From: Candidatus Polarisedimenticolia bacterium
GTDB lineage: Bacteria > Acidobacteriota > Polarisedimenticolia > JACPZX01 > DASXTC01
Length of the DNA stretch: 64,000 bases
Reading direction: 5' to 3'
Assembly: GCA_036505635.1 (NCBI GenBank)
Contig: DASXTC010000010.1
Coordinates: 29,107 to 93,106 of the forward strand
This document shows, piece after piece, positions 28,827 to 38,451 of this stretch. Position 1 is the first letter of the stretch; each line of letters opens with the position of its first letter. The notes below the pieces were generated by a model. That model saw nothing but the letters and a program-made list of their open reading frames with translations. It was not told the DNA's origin and made no database searches. The position numbers and the translations under genes were made by a program.

Positions 28827-30341
28827 ATGCAGAAGAATCCATTCCGGGACGCATTGTCGAAAGAGAGGGTGGCAGAGCCGTGCACGATGGTGATCTTCGG
28901 CGCCACGGGGGATCTGACGCGCCGCAAGCTGGTGCCGGCCCTGTGCAGCATCGCACGCGATCGGCTCCTTCCCACCGGATTCGGCGTCGTGGGGTTCGCC
29001 CGAAGGAACTGGAGCGCTGCCAGGTTCCGCGAGGAGATGCTCGCGGGAGTCAACGAGTTCTCGCGCAGCCGCCCCGTGGTCCCGGCGCTCTGGGACGACT
29101 TCGCGCGCGGTCTTGACTTCGTCCAGGGGGAGTTCGGCGACCCGGCCGCATACAAAAGGCTGGCGGCCTCGCTCGAGCGCGTGGACGCCGAACGGGGCAC
29201 GCACGGCAACCATCTCTTCTATCTCGCCACCCCGCCGGTGCACTACCCCGAGATCATCCGCGAGCTCGGGCGGGCCGGGCTGGCCGGTTCGGCCGGGTCG
29301 CCGTGGTCGCGCATCATCATCGAGAAGCCCTTCGGCCGTGACCTGGACTCCGCGCGCGATCTGAACGCGCGGGCGCTCGAGGTCTTCACCGAGGAGCAGA
29401 TCTACCGCATCGATCACTACCTCGGCAAGGAGACGGTTCAGAACATCCTCGTCATGAGGTTCGCAAACGGGATCTTCGAGCCGCTCTGGAACCAGAAGTA
29501 CGTCGATCACGTGCAGATCACGGTGGCCGAGGACATCGGGATGGAAGGGCGGGGGGCCTACTACGACAGCGCGGGCATCCTGCGCGACATGGTCCAGAAC
29601 CACATGATGCAGCTCCTGTGTCTGACGGCGATGGAGCCTCCCGTCGCCTTCAACGCCGCGGAGGTGCGCAACGAGAAGGTCAAGGTCCTCCATGCCGTGC
29701 GGCCAATCGAAGGCGACGAAGTGGCGCGCCACAGCGTGCGGGGGCGTTACACCGCGGGCTTCATCGGCGGGCAGGAAGTGCCCGGCTACACGGACGAGAA
29801 GGGGGTCGCGCCCGGCTCACGCACGGAGACCTATGTCGCCATCAGGCTCTTCATCGACAACTGGCGCTGGGAGGGGGTCCCGTTCTACCTGAGGTCCGGC
29901 AAGAGGCTCTCCAAGCGCGCGACCGAGATCGCCATTCAGTTCAAGCAGGTCCCTCACCTGCTGTTCGGCGGCGATTCGGGCGCCATCGAGCCGAACGTGC
30001 TGGCTTTGAGGATCCAGCCCGACGAGGGGATCTCGCTCAAGATGACCTCCAAGACGCCGGGCACCGCCGTGTCGCTTCAGCCCGTGGTGATGGACTTCAG
30101 GTACGGGACCTCCTTCGGCGCGGAGCCTCCCGAGGCCTACGAGCGGCTCCTGCTCGACTGCATGATGGGCGACTCGACCCTGTTCACGCGGCGCGACGAG
30201 GTGGAGGAGGCCTGGCGGTTCGTCGGCGGCCTGCTCGACGCGTGGGAGAGCACGGCGCCCCCGCCTCTCTACCCGTACGAGGCCGGAACCTGGGGACCGA
30301 TGGAGGCGAGCTCGCTCATCCATCGCTGGAGGCGGCTGTGA
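28827..30341 (+). CDS. zwf: Glucose-6-phosphate 1-dehydrogenase
   Basis: GATGDL, IEKPFG, RIDHYLGKE, DMVQNH, RWEGVPFYLRSGK. Confidence 0.97.
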   Translation: MQKNPFRDALSKERVAEPCTMVIFGATGDLTRRKLVPALCSIARDRLLPTGFGVVGFARRNWSAARFREEMLAGVNEFSRSRPVVPALWDDFARGLDFVQGEFGDPAAYKRLAASLERVDAERGTHGNHLFYLATPPVHYPEIIRELGRAGLAGSAGSPWSRIIIEKPFGRDLDSARDLNARALEVFTEEQIYRIDHYLGKETVQNILVMRFANGIFEPLWNQKYVDHVQITVAEDIGMEGRGAYYDSAGILRDMVQNHMMQLLCLTAMEPPVAFNAAEVRNEKVKVLHAVRPIEGDEVARHSVRGRYTAGFIGGQEVPGYTDEKGVAPGSRTETYVAIRLFIDNWRWEGVPFYLRSGKRLSKRATEIAIQFKQVPHLLFGGDSGAIEPNVLALRIQPDEGISLKMTSKTPGTAVSLQPVVMDFRYGTSFGAEPPEAYERLLLDCMMGDSTLFTRRDEVEEAWRFVGGLLDAWESTAPPPLYPYEAGTWGPMEASSLIHRWRRL

Positions 30342-31540
30342 CGTCACTCGAGTCATTCACGGGGGGGCAGGCCGTCGCGGTGGACTTCACGGCGATCGAG
30401 AGGGAGCTTGCCGGACTCTGGAAGGCTGCCTCCACGCCCTCAGGCAATGAGGGCGCGCCCGCGGTGATGCGCGCCTGCCAGCTCAACCTCGTGATCCTCT
30501 GCATCGGAGGGCGTGAGGCGACCCGGGCCACGACCACCGTCGCCGCCGTCACGCGCGTGAGGCCGAGCCGCGTGCTGATGGCGGTGCTCGAGCCTGAGGA
30601 GTCCTCTGAACGCCTCGATGCGTCGATCTCGGCTCTCTGCTCCTTCACGCCGGGGGCCGGGCTGGGGAAGGTGGTCTGCTGCGAGCAGATCACGATCACG
30701 GCGTCCAGGGGAGCCGCGCGGCGCCTGGCGGGGGCGGTGCTGCCTCTCCTCCTGCCCGATCTTCCGGTGGTGCTGTGGCGCCCGGGGGATCCCGATCCGC
30801 TCTCCGATGACGAGGACGATCCGGCGGCGGACCCTTCCTCGCGACTGACGAGCGCGGCCGACAGGGTCGTGATCGACTCGAGACGCCTGAGAGACGCCGC
30901 GGGAGGGTTCCGGCGGCTCGTCTCCCTCACCTGCGTCCTGAGCGATCTGGCGTGGCACCACCTCCGGGGCTGGCGCGAGCTGACGGCCGGCCTGTTCGAC
31001 GGGCCGGTGTTCGAGGGGTACCCCCGGAAGATCGAGAGGATCCGCGTCGAGTACACCGCGGGGGAGGACGATGCGCGGCAGGAGCGGGAGGGGAGGACCG
31101 AGGCGTTCCTCCTGGCCTGCTGGGTCGCGTCGAGGCTCGGATGGGAGCCCGCGCCGGCCGGCGGCGAAGAGGCCGGCGCCGGCGTGGACCGGTTCGACTT
31201 GTGGCGCCAGGGCTCGGAGGCGGCCACGGTCATCCTCTGCCGCGTCGACGAGGGCCGGCGCGAAGGAGGTACGGGGAGAGGACGGGTGAGCTCGCTGTCG
31301 CTCGAGACGCCGGAGGCCGTATTCATGTTGCGTCGCTCAGGCGAGGCCGACTGCGTGACGGCGACCGTGACCCTGCCGCTGGCCTGCCCCGTGCCGCGGA
31401 CGGCCCGCATCGTCGAGCGGGAGGAATCGGCTCTGCTCTGCCGCGTCCTGGAGAGCGGGGGGCGCGACGCGGTCTACGATGAGGCCCTGGCGCTCGCCGC
31501 CAGGCTGCTCGCGGTGCGCTCCTGGGAGACGGCCGCATGA
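30338..31540 (+). CDS. opcA: G6PDH assembly/activator protein OpcA
   Basis: GTG overlaps the zwf stop; LNLV, RPSRVL, CCEQI, LLLPDLPVVLWRPG, VIDS, SDLAWHHLRGWRELTA. Confidence 0.88.
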   Translation: MTSLESFTGGQAVAVDFTAIERELAGLWKAASTPSGNEGAPAVMRACQLNLVILCIGGREATRATTTVAAVTRVRPSRVLMAVLEPEESSERLDASISALCSFTPGAGLGKVVCCEQITITASRGAARRLAGAVLPLLLPDLPVVLWRPGDPDPLSDDEDDPAADPSSRLTSAADRVVIDSRRLRDAAGGFRRLVSLTCVLSDLAWHHLRGWRELTAGLFDGPVFEGYPRKIERIRVEYTAGEDDARQEREGRTEAFLLACWVASRLGWEPAPAGGEEAGAGVDRFDLWRQGSEAATVILCRVDEGRREGGTGRGRVSSLSLETPEAVFMLRRSGEADCVTATVTLPLACPVPRTARIVEREESALLCRVLESGGRDAVYDEALALAARLLAVRSWETAA

Positions 31541-32307
31541 GCCCGATGCCCACGCCCGGCCCGATCAACGAAGCCCCGCTGCGGATCGAGATCTGCAAGG
31601 ACGGCGAGGACCTGGCACGCCACGCGGCGGGTCTGTTCGTCGCGCTCGCCGGCAAGGCTCTGGGGGCCCGCAGGCAGTTCACGGTGGCTCTCGCGGGGGG
31701 CCGGACCCCTCGCAGGATGTACGAGCTGCTCACCGAGGACCACTACGCCTACCAGGTCGTCTGGCCGGCGGTGCGGATCTTCTGGAGCGACGAACGGTGC
31801 GTGGCGCCGGACGACGGGCGCAGCAACTACCGGATGGCCCTCGAGACGATGCTGTCAAAGGTGAAGGTACCACCTGGCAACATCCACCGGATGAAGGGGG
31901 AGGAGGACCCTGCGTCGGCCGCCGCGTCCTGCGAGAAGGATCTGCGCGATCGGTTCGACGGCCCGCCCCGGATCGATCTCATCCTGCTCGGCATGGGGAC
32001 CGACGGCCACGTGGCGTCGCTTTTTCCGGCCAGCCCCGCGCTCGAGGAGAGAGAGAGTCTCGTGACCGTCTCGCGGGATCCGGAAGGGCTGGCGAGGCTG
32101 ACCTACACCCTGCCCCTGATCAACGCCGCCCGCGCCGTGGCGATCCTCGTGTCGGGCGAAGAGAAGGCTCCGATGCTGCGGCGCGTCCTCGGTGCCGGCG
32201 CCCGCGATGAAGGACTGCCGGTGCAGCGGGTGAGGCCGGCCGACGGCCAGCTCATCTGGCTCCTCGATCAGGCCGCCGGGTCGACACTGGAGTCGCCTCA
32301 CGCTTAG
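31537..32307 (+). CDS. pgl: 6-phosphogluconolactonase
   Basis: ALAGGRTP, FWSDERCV, SNY, LGMGTDGHVASLFP, RLTYTLPLIN. Confidence 0.95.
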   Translation: MSPMPTPGPINEAPLRIEICKDGEDLARHAAGLFVALAGKALGARRQFTVALAGGRTPRRMYELLTEDHYAYQVVWPAVRIFWSDERCVAPDDGRSNYRMALETMLSKVKVPPGNIHRMKGEEDPASAAASCEKDLRDRFDGPPRIDLILLGMGTDGHVASLFPASPALEERESLVTVSRDPEGLARLTYTLPLINAARAVAILVSGEEKAPMLRRVLGAGARDEGLPVQRVRPADGQLIWLLDQAAGSTLESPHA

Positions 32308-32348
32308 CCCGGGATCGGCAGCGATGCCTCGCCACGCGATCCCCGCCT

Positions 32349-34373
32349 CTACAGCGACTCCCGGATCCTCGCCGCGATCTTCGCTCCGGTGAAGCCGAAG
32401 TTTTCGGCAAGAGCCTTGTAGGGGGCCGACGCGCCGAACCGATCCATGCCGATGACGACGGCCGAGCGCCCCGCAATCTCCGCCCATCCCTGAGGCACGG
32501 CCGCCTCGACAACCGCAACCCGCACCGCCGGCTCGTCGGCGGGGACCACGTGCGCCCGGTATTCGGGGGCCTGCATCTCGAACATCTCGACGCACGGCAT
32601 CGAGACCACGCGCGCCGGCACACCCTCCGCCTCGAGAATCGCGCGAGCCTCCAGGGATGGGGCCACCTCCGAGCCGGTCGCGACGATGACCACCCTGGGG
32701 GGCTCCACAGAGGCCTCCATCAGGATGTATCCGCCCCGGAAGAAGACATCCGGTCCGAACGGCTCGGGGGAGGCGCCATGGTCCAGCGCGGGCAGATCCT
32801 GGCGTGTCAGGACGATCAGAGTGGGGCCATGACGGCGCTTCAGGGCGTGGGCCCAGGCCAGCGCCGTCTCGAGCCCGTCGGCCGGGCGCACCACGTGAAG
32901 GTTCGGCATCGCGCGCAGCGACGCGAGGTGCTCGATAGGCTGGTGCGTGGGGCCATCCTCGCCCAGGAAGACGCTGTCGTGCGTGAAGACGTGGATGACC
33001 TGCAGCTCCGACAGCGCGGCCAGCCTGATCGCCGGACGCATGTAGTCCGAAAAGATGAGGAAGGTCGATCCATAGGGGATGAAGGCGCCGTAATAGGCCA
33101 GCCCGTTGACCACCGCGCCCATCCCGTGCTCACGTACTCCCCAGGCGATGTTGCGTCCGGTGAGGGCGCCCGGCCCGACCGGGGGGGATCCCTTGACGAC
33201 CGTCTTGGTCGACTCGACCAGGTCGGCCGCACCCCCCACCACCGACGGCACCAGCTCCGCGACCTTCTGGAAGATCTTGCCGCCGTGGGAGCGGGTGGCT
33301 CCAGCCTCTCGGGGCGCCCCCTCCAGCAGCCTGGCGGCGATGTCGTCGGGGACCGCGCGGGTCAGGTGATCCGAGAGAACCCTGGCCCGTTCCGGCTCCC
33401 GGGCGCGGAACCTCTCGAGCCGGGCGAACCACCGCTCGCGTTCCAGCCTCAGCTCGGCGGCCCGGGCCGCGAAGAGATCCTTGACCTCCTTCGGGACGAG
33501 GAAGAGCGGCTCCTCCGGCCAGCCCAGCGCGCGCTTGGTCGCCGAGGTCTCGTCCTTGCCGAGCGGCGAACCGTGCGCTCCCGGCGTGTCGTGCTTGCCC
33601 GGTGAGCCTTGCGCGATGTGGGTCCTCGCCACGATGAGCGAGGGGCGCCCGGTCTCCCTCTGCGCCGCCTCGATCGCCGAGGCGATCGCCGCGTGGTCGT
33701 GGCCATCGATGCGCTGGACGTGCCACCCGTATGCCTCGAACCTCATCCCGACGTCCTCGGTGAAGGTGATCTCGGTGGGACCGTCGATGCTGATGTGGTT
33801 GTCGTCGTAGATGAAGACGATGTTTCCCAACGCCAGATGTCCGGCGATCGAGGCGGCCTCCGACGCCACCCCCTCCATGAGGTCACCGTCGCTGCAGATG
33901 GCGTAGACGAAGTGATCGATAATGGGGAGCTCCGGCGTGTTGACCCGCGCGGCCAGCATCCTGGCGCCCAGCGCCATCCCGACGGCGTTGCCGAAGCCCT
34001 GGCCGAGCGGTCCGGTCGTCACCTCCACCCCGGGCAGGCACCACCTCTCCGGGTGTCCCGGTGTGCGGCTCCCCCACTGCCGGAAGCTCATGAGATCTTC
34101 CAGGGTCACCTCGTAGCCCGACAGATGCAGCAGCGAGTAGAGGAGCATGCACCCGTGTCCGGCCGACAGCACGAAGCGGTCGCGGTTGGGCCAGAGCGGA
34201 TCGGCTGGATCGTGCTTCAGATAGCGGGACCAGAGGACGTACGCATAGTCGGCCGCCCCCATTGGCAGCCCGGGGTGCCCGCTCCTGGCCTTCTCCACCG
34301 CGTCGACCGACAGCATCTTGATGGTGTTGACCGCGAGGCGCGCCAGATCGATCCCTGCCATCTTCGTCTCCAT
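32349..34373 (-). CDS. tkt: Transketolase
   Basis: [54 protein letters not shown]. Confidence 0.97.
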   Translation of the reverse strand: METKMAGIDLARLAVNTIKMLSVDAVEKARSGHPGLPMGAADYAYVLWSRYLKHDPADPLWPNRDRFVLSAGHGCMLLYSLLHLSGYEVTLEDLMSFRQWGSRTPGHPERWCLPGVEVTTGPLGQGFGNAVGMALGARMLAARVNTPELPIIDHFVYAICSDGDLMEGVASEAASIAGHLALGNIVFIYDDNHISIDGPTEITFTEDVGMRFEAYGWHVQRIDGHDHAAIASAIEAAQRETGRPSLIVARTHIAQGSPGKHDTPGAHGSPLGKDETSATKRALGWPEEPLFLVPKEVKDLFAARAAELRLERERWFARLERFRAREPERARVLSDHLTRAVPDDIAARLLEGAPREAGATRSHGGKIFQKVAELVPSVVGGAADLVESTKTVVKGSPPVGPGALTGRNIAWGVREHGMGAVVNGLAYYGAFIPYGSTFLIFSDYMRPAIRLAALSELQVIHVFTHDSVFLGEDGPTHQPIEHLASLRAMPNLHVVRPADGLETALAWAHALKRRHGPTLIVLTRQDLPALDHGASPEPFGPDVFFRGGYILMEASVEPPRVVIVATGSEVAPSLEARAILEAEGVPARVVSMPCVEMFEMQAPEYRAHVVPADEPAVRVAVVEAAVPQGWAEIAGRSAVVIGMDRFGASAPYKALAENFGFTGAKIAARIRESL

Positions 34374-34553
34374 GACGGGTCCTCCGCCCTGTATCCCGTA
34401 TAATGAGCGACGCCTGCGCGGGTCCCCGGCGAAGTGTCGAGGCCGCGGGGAGGCCGGCCCGACGTGGACAGACTATCATGGCGTGCGATCTCTGGCGGCG
34501 CGGGGGGCGCACGGTTTTGCGCGGTCTGGCCCCCGCGGAGGCCAGGCAGGGGC

Positions 34554-34582
34554 CTGACATCGCGCCCCGGATCGGGCATAAT
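34554..34582 (+). promoter_or_regulatory. Sigma70-type promoter for korAB
   Basis: CTGACA (34554-34559), 17-nt spacer, CATAAT (34577-34582). Confidence 0.65.
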
Positions 34583-34701
34583 GACGTTCCTCGTGCGGGC
34601 ATCGGCAAGGCACATCGGATACGAGGGAATCCCTGCCCTGCCGGGCGCCCGGACGGACCCGGCCCGGAAGTGGATAGGATGACGACACAGCGAGGACACG
34701 G

Positions 34702-36564
34702 ATGACACCGCAGAGCGTCGAGGTGCCGGATAAGGTTGCCGTCGAGAAGATCGAGCGGGTCGTGGTGCGGCTCGCCGGAGACTCGGGTGACGGGATCCAG
34801 CTCAGTGGCAACCAGCTCAGCACCGCGTCGGCGATCGCCGGCAACGACCTGAGCACACTGCCGGATTTTCCGGCCGAGATCCGCGCGCCGGCAGGGACTC
34901 TGCCGGGGGTCAGCGGGTACCAGATCAGCTTCAGCAGCTATGACATCCACACTCCGGGTGATCAACCCGACGCGCTCGTGGCCTTCAATCCGGCGGCGCT
35001 GAAGGTCAACATCGCAGATCTCAAGCCGGGCGGCCTGCTGATCGTCAACTCGGACGCCTTCCAGCAGAAGAACCTCCAGAAAGCCGGCTACACGTCCAAC
35101 CCTCTGGAGGACGGCTCGCTGGAGAAGTTCCGCACCCTGGCGATCCCGATCACCGACCTGAACCGCAAGGCCCTGACCGGCTTCAGCATGGGCACGCGCG
35201 AGATGGACCGCGGCAAGAACCTCTTCACGCTGGGGATCCTCTTCCACCTCTACACCCGTCCCGATGATGCCACGGTCAGGTGGATCGAGAAGAAGTTCGC
35301 CAAGGACCCCGCCCTCAGGGACGCGAACCTCACCTCCCTCAAGGCGGGCCGCGCCTACGCCGAGGCGACCGAGCTGTTCCAGACCACCTACGTGATCGAC
35401 CCGGCGCCGTTTCCGGCGGGCGTCTACCGCAACATCATGGGCAACTCGGCGATCACCCTCGGGCTCGTGGCGGCGTCCGTGAAGTCGGGACGGCCCCTCT
35501 TCTTCGCGGGCTATCCAATCACGCCCGCCAGCCCCATCCTGCACGAGCTGGCGCGGTATCGCGAGTACGGTGTGGTGACCCTGCAGGCCGAAGACGAGAT
35601 CGCCGCCGTGGCGGCGGTCATCGGCGCGGCGTTCGGTGGTTCGCTTGCCGTCACGGCCACGGCGGGCCCGGGGCTGGCGCTCAAGACCGAGGCGATGGGG
35701 CTGGGCCTCATGACGGAGCTGCCGATGGTTGTGATCGACGTGCAGCGGGGCGGCCCCAGCACGGGGCTTCCCACCAAGCCCGAGCAGGCCGACCTGCTCC
35801 AGGCGATGTTCGGCCGTCACGGCGAGTCGCCCCTGCCGGTGCTTGCGTGCAGCTCGACGGGGGACAGCTTCGAGACGGCGGTGGAAGCGTGCCGCATCGC
35901 CCTCAAGTACATGGTGCCGGTCATCCTCATGACCGACGGGTACCTGGCCAACTCGAGCGAGCCGTGGAAGCTCCCCTCGGTGAGCGAGATCCCTGAGTTC
36001 GACGTGAGGGTCCGCCCGGAGGGCCAGGGCAGGTACCTGCCCTACGAGCGCGACCCGGCAACGCTGGCGCGCAGTTGGGCGTTGCCTGGCACGCCGGGAT
36101 ACGAGCACCGGATCGGCGGCCTCGAGAAGGAGGACGTCACCGGCAACGTGTCGTACGACCCCGACAACCACGAGCGGATGATCCACCTGCGCGCCGAGAA
36201 GGTGGAGCGGATCGCCAACGAGTTCCCCCCCACCTTCATCGACGGCGAGCCCGCGGGCGCGCTTCTGATCGTGGGATGGGGGAGCACGCGTGGGGCCATT
36301 CAGGGAGCGGTCCGCCGCAAGCGGGCCGAGGGCAGGAAGGTGAGCTGGGTGCACCTGCGTTACATCAACCCGTTCCCGAAGGATCTGGGCGGTATCCTGG
36401 AGCGGTTCGACAAGGTCCTGGTGCCGGAGATGAACACCGGGCAGCTCGCGCTGCTCCTGAGGGCGAAGTACCTGGTGGACGTCGTGACCCAGAGCAAGGT
36501 GCAGGGACGCCCGTTCAAGGCGGCCGAGATTGCCGCCAGAATCGACGAGCTTCTGGAGGGATGA
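34702..36564 (+). CDS. korA: 2-oxoacid:acceptor oxidoreductase alpha subunit
   Basis: GDSGDGIQL, FPAEIRAPAGT, YPITPAS, AEDEIAA, QRGGPSTGLPT, HRIGGLEK. Confidence 0.95.
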   Translation: MTPQSVEVPDKVAVEKIERVVVRLAGDSGDGIQLSGNQLSTASAIAGNDLSTLPDFPAEIRAPAGTLPGVSGYQISFSSYDIHTPGDQPDALVAFNPAALKVNIADLKPGGLLIVNSDAFQQKNLQKAGYTSNPLEDGSLEKFRTLAIPITDLNRKALTGFSMGTREMDRGKNLFTLGILFHLYTRPDDATVRWIEKKFAKDPALRDANLTSLKAGRAYAEATELFQTTYVIDPAPFPAGVYRNIMGNSAITLGLVAASVKSGRPLFFAGYPITPASPILHELARYREYGVVTLQAEDEIAAVAAVIGAAFGGSLAVTATAGPGLALKTEAMGLGLMTELPMVVIDVQRGGPSTGLPTKPEQADLLQAMFGRHGESPLPVLACSSTGDSFETAVEACRIALKYMVPVILMTDGYLANSSEPWKLPSVSEIPEFDVRVRPEGQGRYLPYERDPATLARSWALPGTPGYEHRIGGLEKEDVTGNVSYDPDNHERMIHLRAEKVERIANEFPPTFIDGEPAGALLIVGWGSTRGAIQGAVRRKRAEGRKVSWVHLRYINPFPKDLGGILERFDKVLVPEMNTGQLALLLRAKYLVDVVTQSKVQGRPFKAAEIAARIDELLEG

Positions 36565-36568
36565 CATC

Positions 36569-37645
36569 GTGGCCAACCCAGGACTGACCGAGATCCCCGT
36601 CAACAAGCCGCTCACCGCCAAGGACTTTCAGTCGGACCAGGAGGTCCGCTGGTGCCCGGGGTGCGGCGACTACGCGATCCTGGCCGCGGTCACCAGCGTC
36701 TTTCCGAAGCTGGGGATCCGCCACGAGAACTTCGTCGTGGTCAGCGGCATCGGATGCTCGAGCCGCTTCCCCTATTACACGAGCGCATACGGGTTCCACG
36801 GCATCCACGGGCGCGCCCCGGCCATCGCCACCGGCCTAAAGATGATGAACCGGGACCTCTCGGTCTGGGTGGTGACGGGGGACGGCGACGGCATGTCGAT
36901 CGGCGGCAACCATCTCATCCACACGATGAGGCGCAACGCGGACCTCAAGATCCTGCTCTTCAACAACAGGATCTACGGGCTGACGAAGGGGCAGGCCTCG
37001 CCGACGTCGGAGATGGGCAAGCGGACCACCTCGAGCCCCTACGGCACCTACGAGAGACCCTTCAACACGATCTCGCTGGTGCTCGGAGCCGAGTGCACGT
37101 TCGTCGCCCGGAGCGTGGACGTGTACCGCAACCACCTCCAGGAAACCCTCATGAAGGCCGCCCAGCACCGGGGGACGGCGTTCATCGAGATCTTCCAGAA
37201 CTGCAACATATTCAACGACGGCGCGTTCGCCGACGTGACCGAGCCGACGGTGAGAGACGATCGAAACCTTCTGTTGCGGCACGGCCAACCGCTGGTCTTT
37301 GGCAAGACGACCCGCAAGGGGATCCGGCGCAGCCCTCAGACCGGCGTGCTCGAGGTGGTTGAGCTCGGCGATGGGATCACGGAGGAGGATCTCGTGGTCC
37401 ATGACGAGCGCCGCCCCGACCCCGATCTGGCCTTCGAGCTGAGCCGCCTTACACACCCGCTCTTTCCCACGCCGCTGGGGGTCTTTCGTTCGGTGGAACT
37501 GCCCACCAGCGAGGATCTGATCTGGGCCCAGGTGGACAAGGCGCGCGCCTCCAAGCCGCGCTCCGACCTGGGCGCTCTGCTGCGCCGCGGAGACGTCTGG
37601 GAGGTCACGGACGAGGGGAAGATCATCCAGCTCGGGATCGAGTAG
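36569..37645 (+). CDS. korB: 2-oxoacid:acceptor oxidoreductase beta subunit
   Basis: GTG 36569; RWCPGCGD, SGIGCSSR, HGRAPA, GDGDGMSIGGNH, YGLTKGQASPT. Confidence 0.95.
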   Translation: MANPGLTEIPVNKPLTAKDFQSDQEVRWCPGCGDYAILAAVTSVFPKLGIRHENFVVVSGIGCSSRFPYYTSAYGFHGIHGRAPAIATGLKMMNRDLSVWVVTGDGDGMSIGGNHLIHTMRRNADLKILLFNNRIYGLTKGQASPTSEMGKRTTSSPYGTYERPFNTISLVLGAECTFVARSVDVYRNHLQETLMKAAQHRGTAFIEIFQNCNIFNDGAFADVTEPTVRDDRNLLLRHGQPLVFGKTTRKGIRRSPQTGVLEVVELGDGITEEDLVVHDERRPDPDLAFELSRLTHPLFPTPLGVFRSVELPTSEDLIWAQVDKARASKPRSDLGALLRRGDVWEVTDEGKIIQLGIE

Positions 37646-37672
37646 CTTCCCGTCCAACCCTCGGAGGGGATC

Positions 37673-38380
37673 CTAGGGCGCTTCCCGCGGGACCGTGCCG
37701 GCCGTGAACTCGTAGATCGAGGCCGAATCGGCTCCGCCTTCGAGCGGGCTGAGGGTCATGAAGTAGCGGCCCGGCTGGGGTAGAGAATCCAGGACCACGG
37801 ACAGCCGCCCCTGGCCGTCCGACGAGACGATGGCAGGCTGAGCCGACAGAGCCGGCTCGTCCTTCCTCTCGATGCTCACGTGGTACCTCCCCTCCGGAGC
37901 CCCGAAAGGCAGGACGACCGTGACCGCCCATGGCCCATCACCGCGCAGGACACGCTCGCCCGCCGCGCCTCTCTGGGGAGAGGCGAAGGTGACGGGCTGC
38001 ACCTCCCGGATCGTCAGGGAGTCCTGGCGCGCGTTCCAGCGGGTCACGAGGAGGGGGGCCGCGATCACGAGGAGGCCGGCCGCCACGACGGCGCCCCTCT
38101 TCAGGGCGCGGAGCTTCGACTCGGACATTCGAGCGCCGTCTCGCCACCGGGCGGCGGGACCGGGCGATCCGGCCGCCGAACCGGGCCTGCGCGGCGCCAC
38201 CGGCGGGCCGCCGGGGTAATCCCTGCGCATGATCTCCAGCATCGAGGCGAGCGCCCGCGCCTCGGTGGCGCAGTCCGCGCATCGCGCAAGGTGAGCTTCG
38301 GTCTCCCGCGCCTGACGCGGGTCGAGATCGCCCGAGACATACCAGAGCAGGAGATGGGGATGCTCACGTTGATTGCCCAT
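37673..38380 (-). CDS. zf-HC2 (ZAS) anti-sigma-like membrane protein
   Basis: LLWYVSGDL...EAHLARCADC (HxxxCxxC), one TM, C-terminal beta domain; AGGAGG and TATCAT upstream. Confidence 0.8.
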   Translation of the reverse strand: MGNQREHPHLLLWYVSGDLDPRQARETEAHLARCADCATEARALASMLEIMRRDYPGGPPVAPRRPGSAAGSPGPAARWRDGARMSESKLRALKRGAVVAAGLLVIAAPLLVTRWNARQDSLTIREVQPVTFASPQRGAAGERVLRGDGPWAVTVVLPFGAPEGRYHVSIERKDEPALSAQPAIVSSDGQGRLSVVLDSLPQPGRYFMTLSPLEGGADSASIYEFTAGTVPREAP

Positions 38381-38451
38381 CAGGCCCTCCTCTGTCTCGC
38401 GGGGGGCCATGATACACCCCGTCACGAGGGCAAAAAAGACTCATGGTCGGT

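Noticed and set aside
33883-36621. 912-aa minus-strand ORF
   Set aside because: Antisense shadow of korA with low-complexity R/G/A composition.
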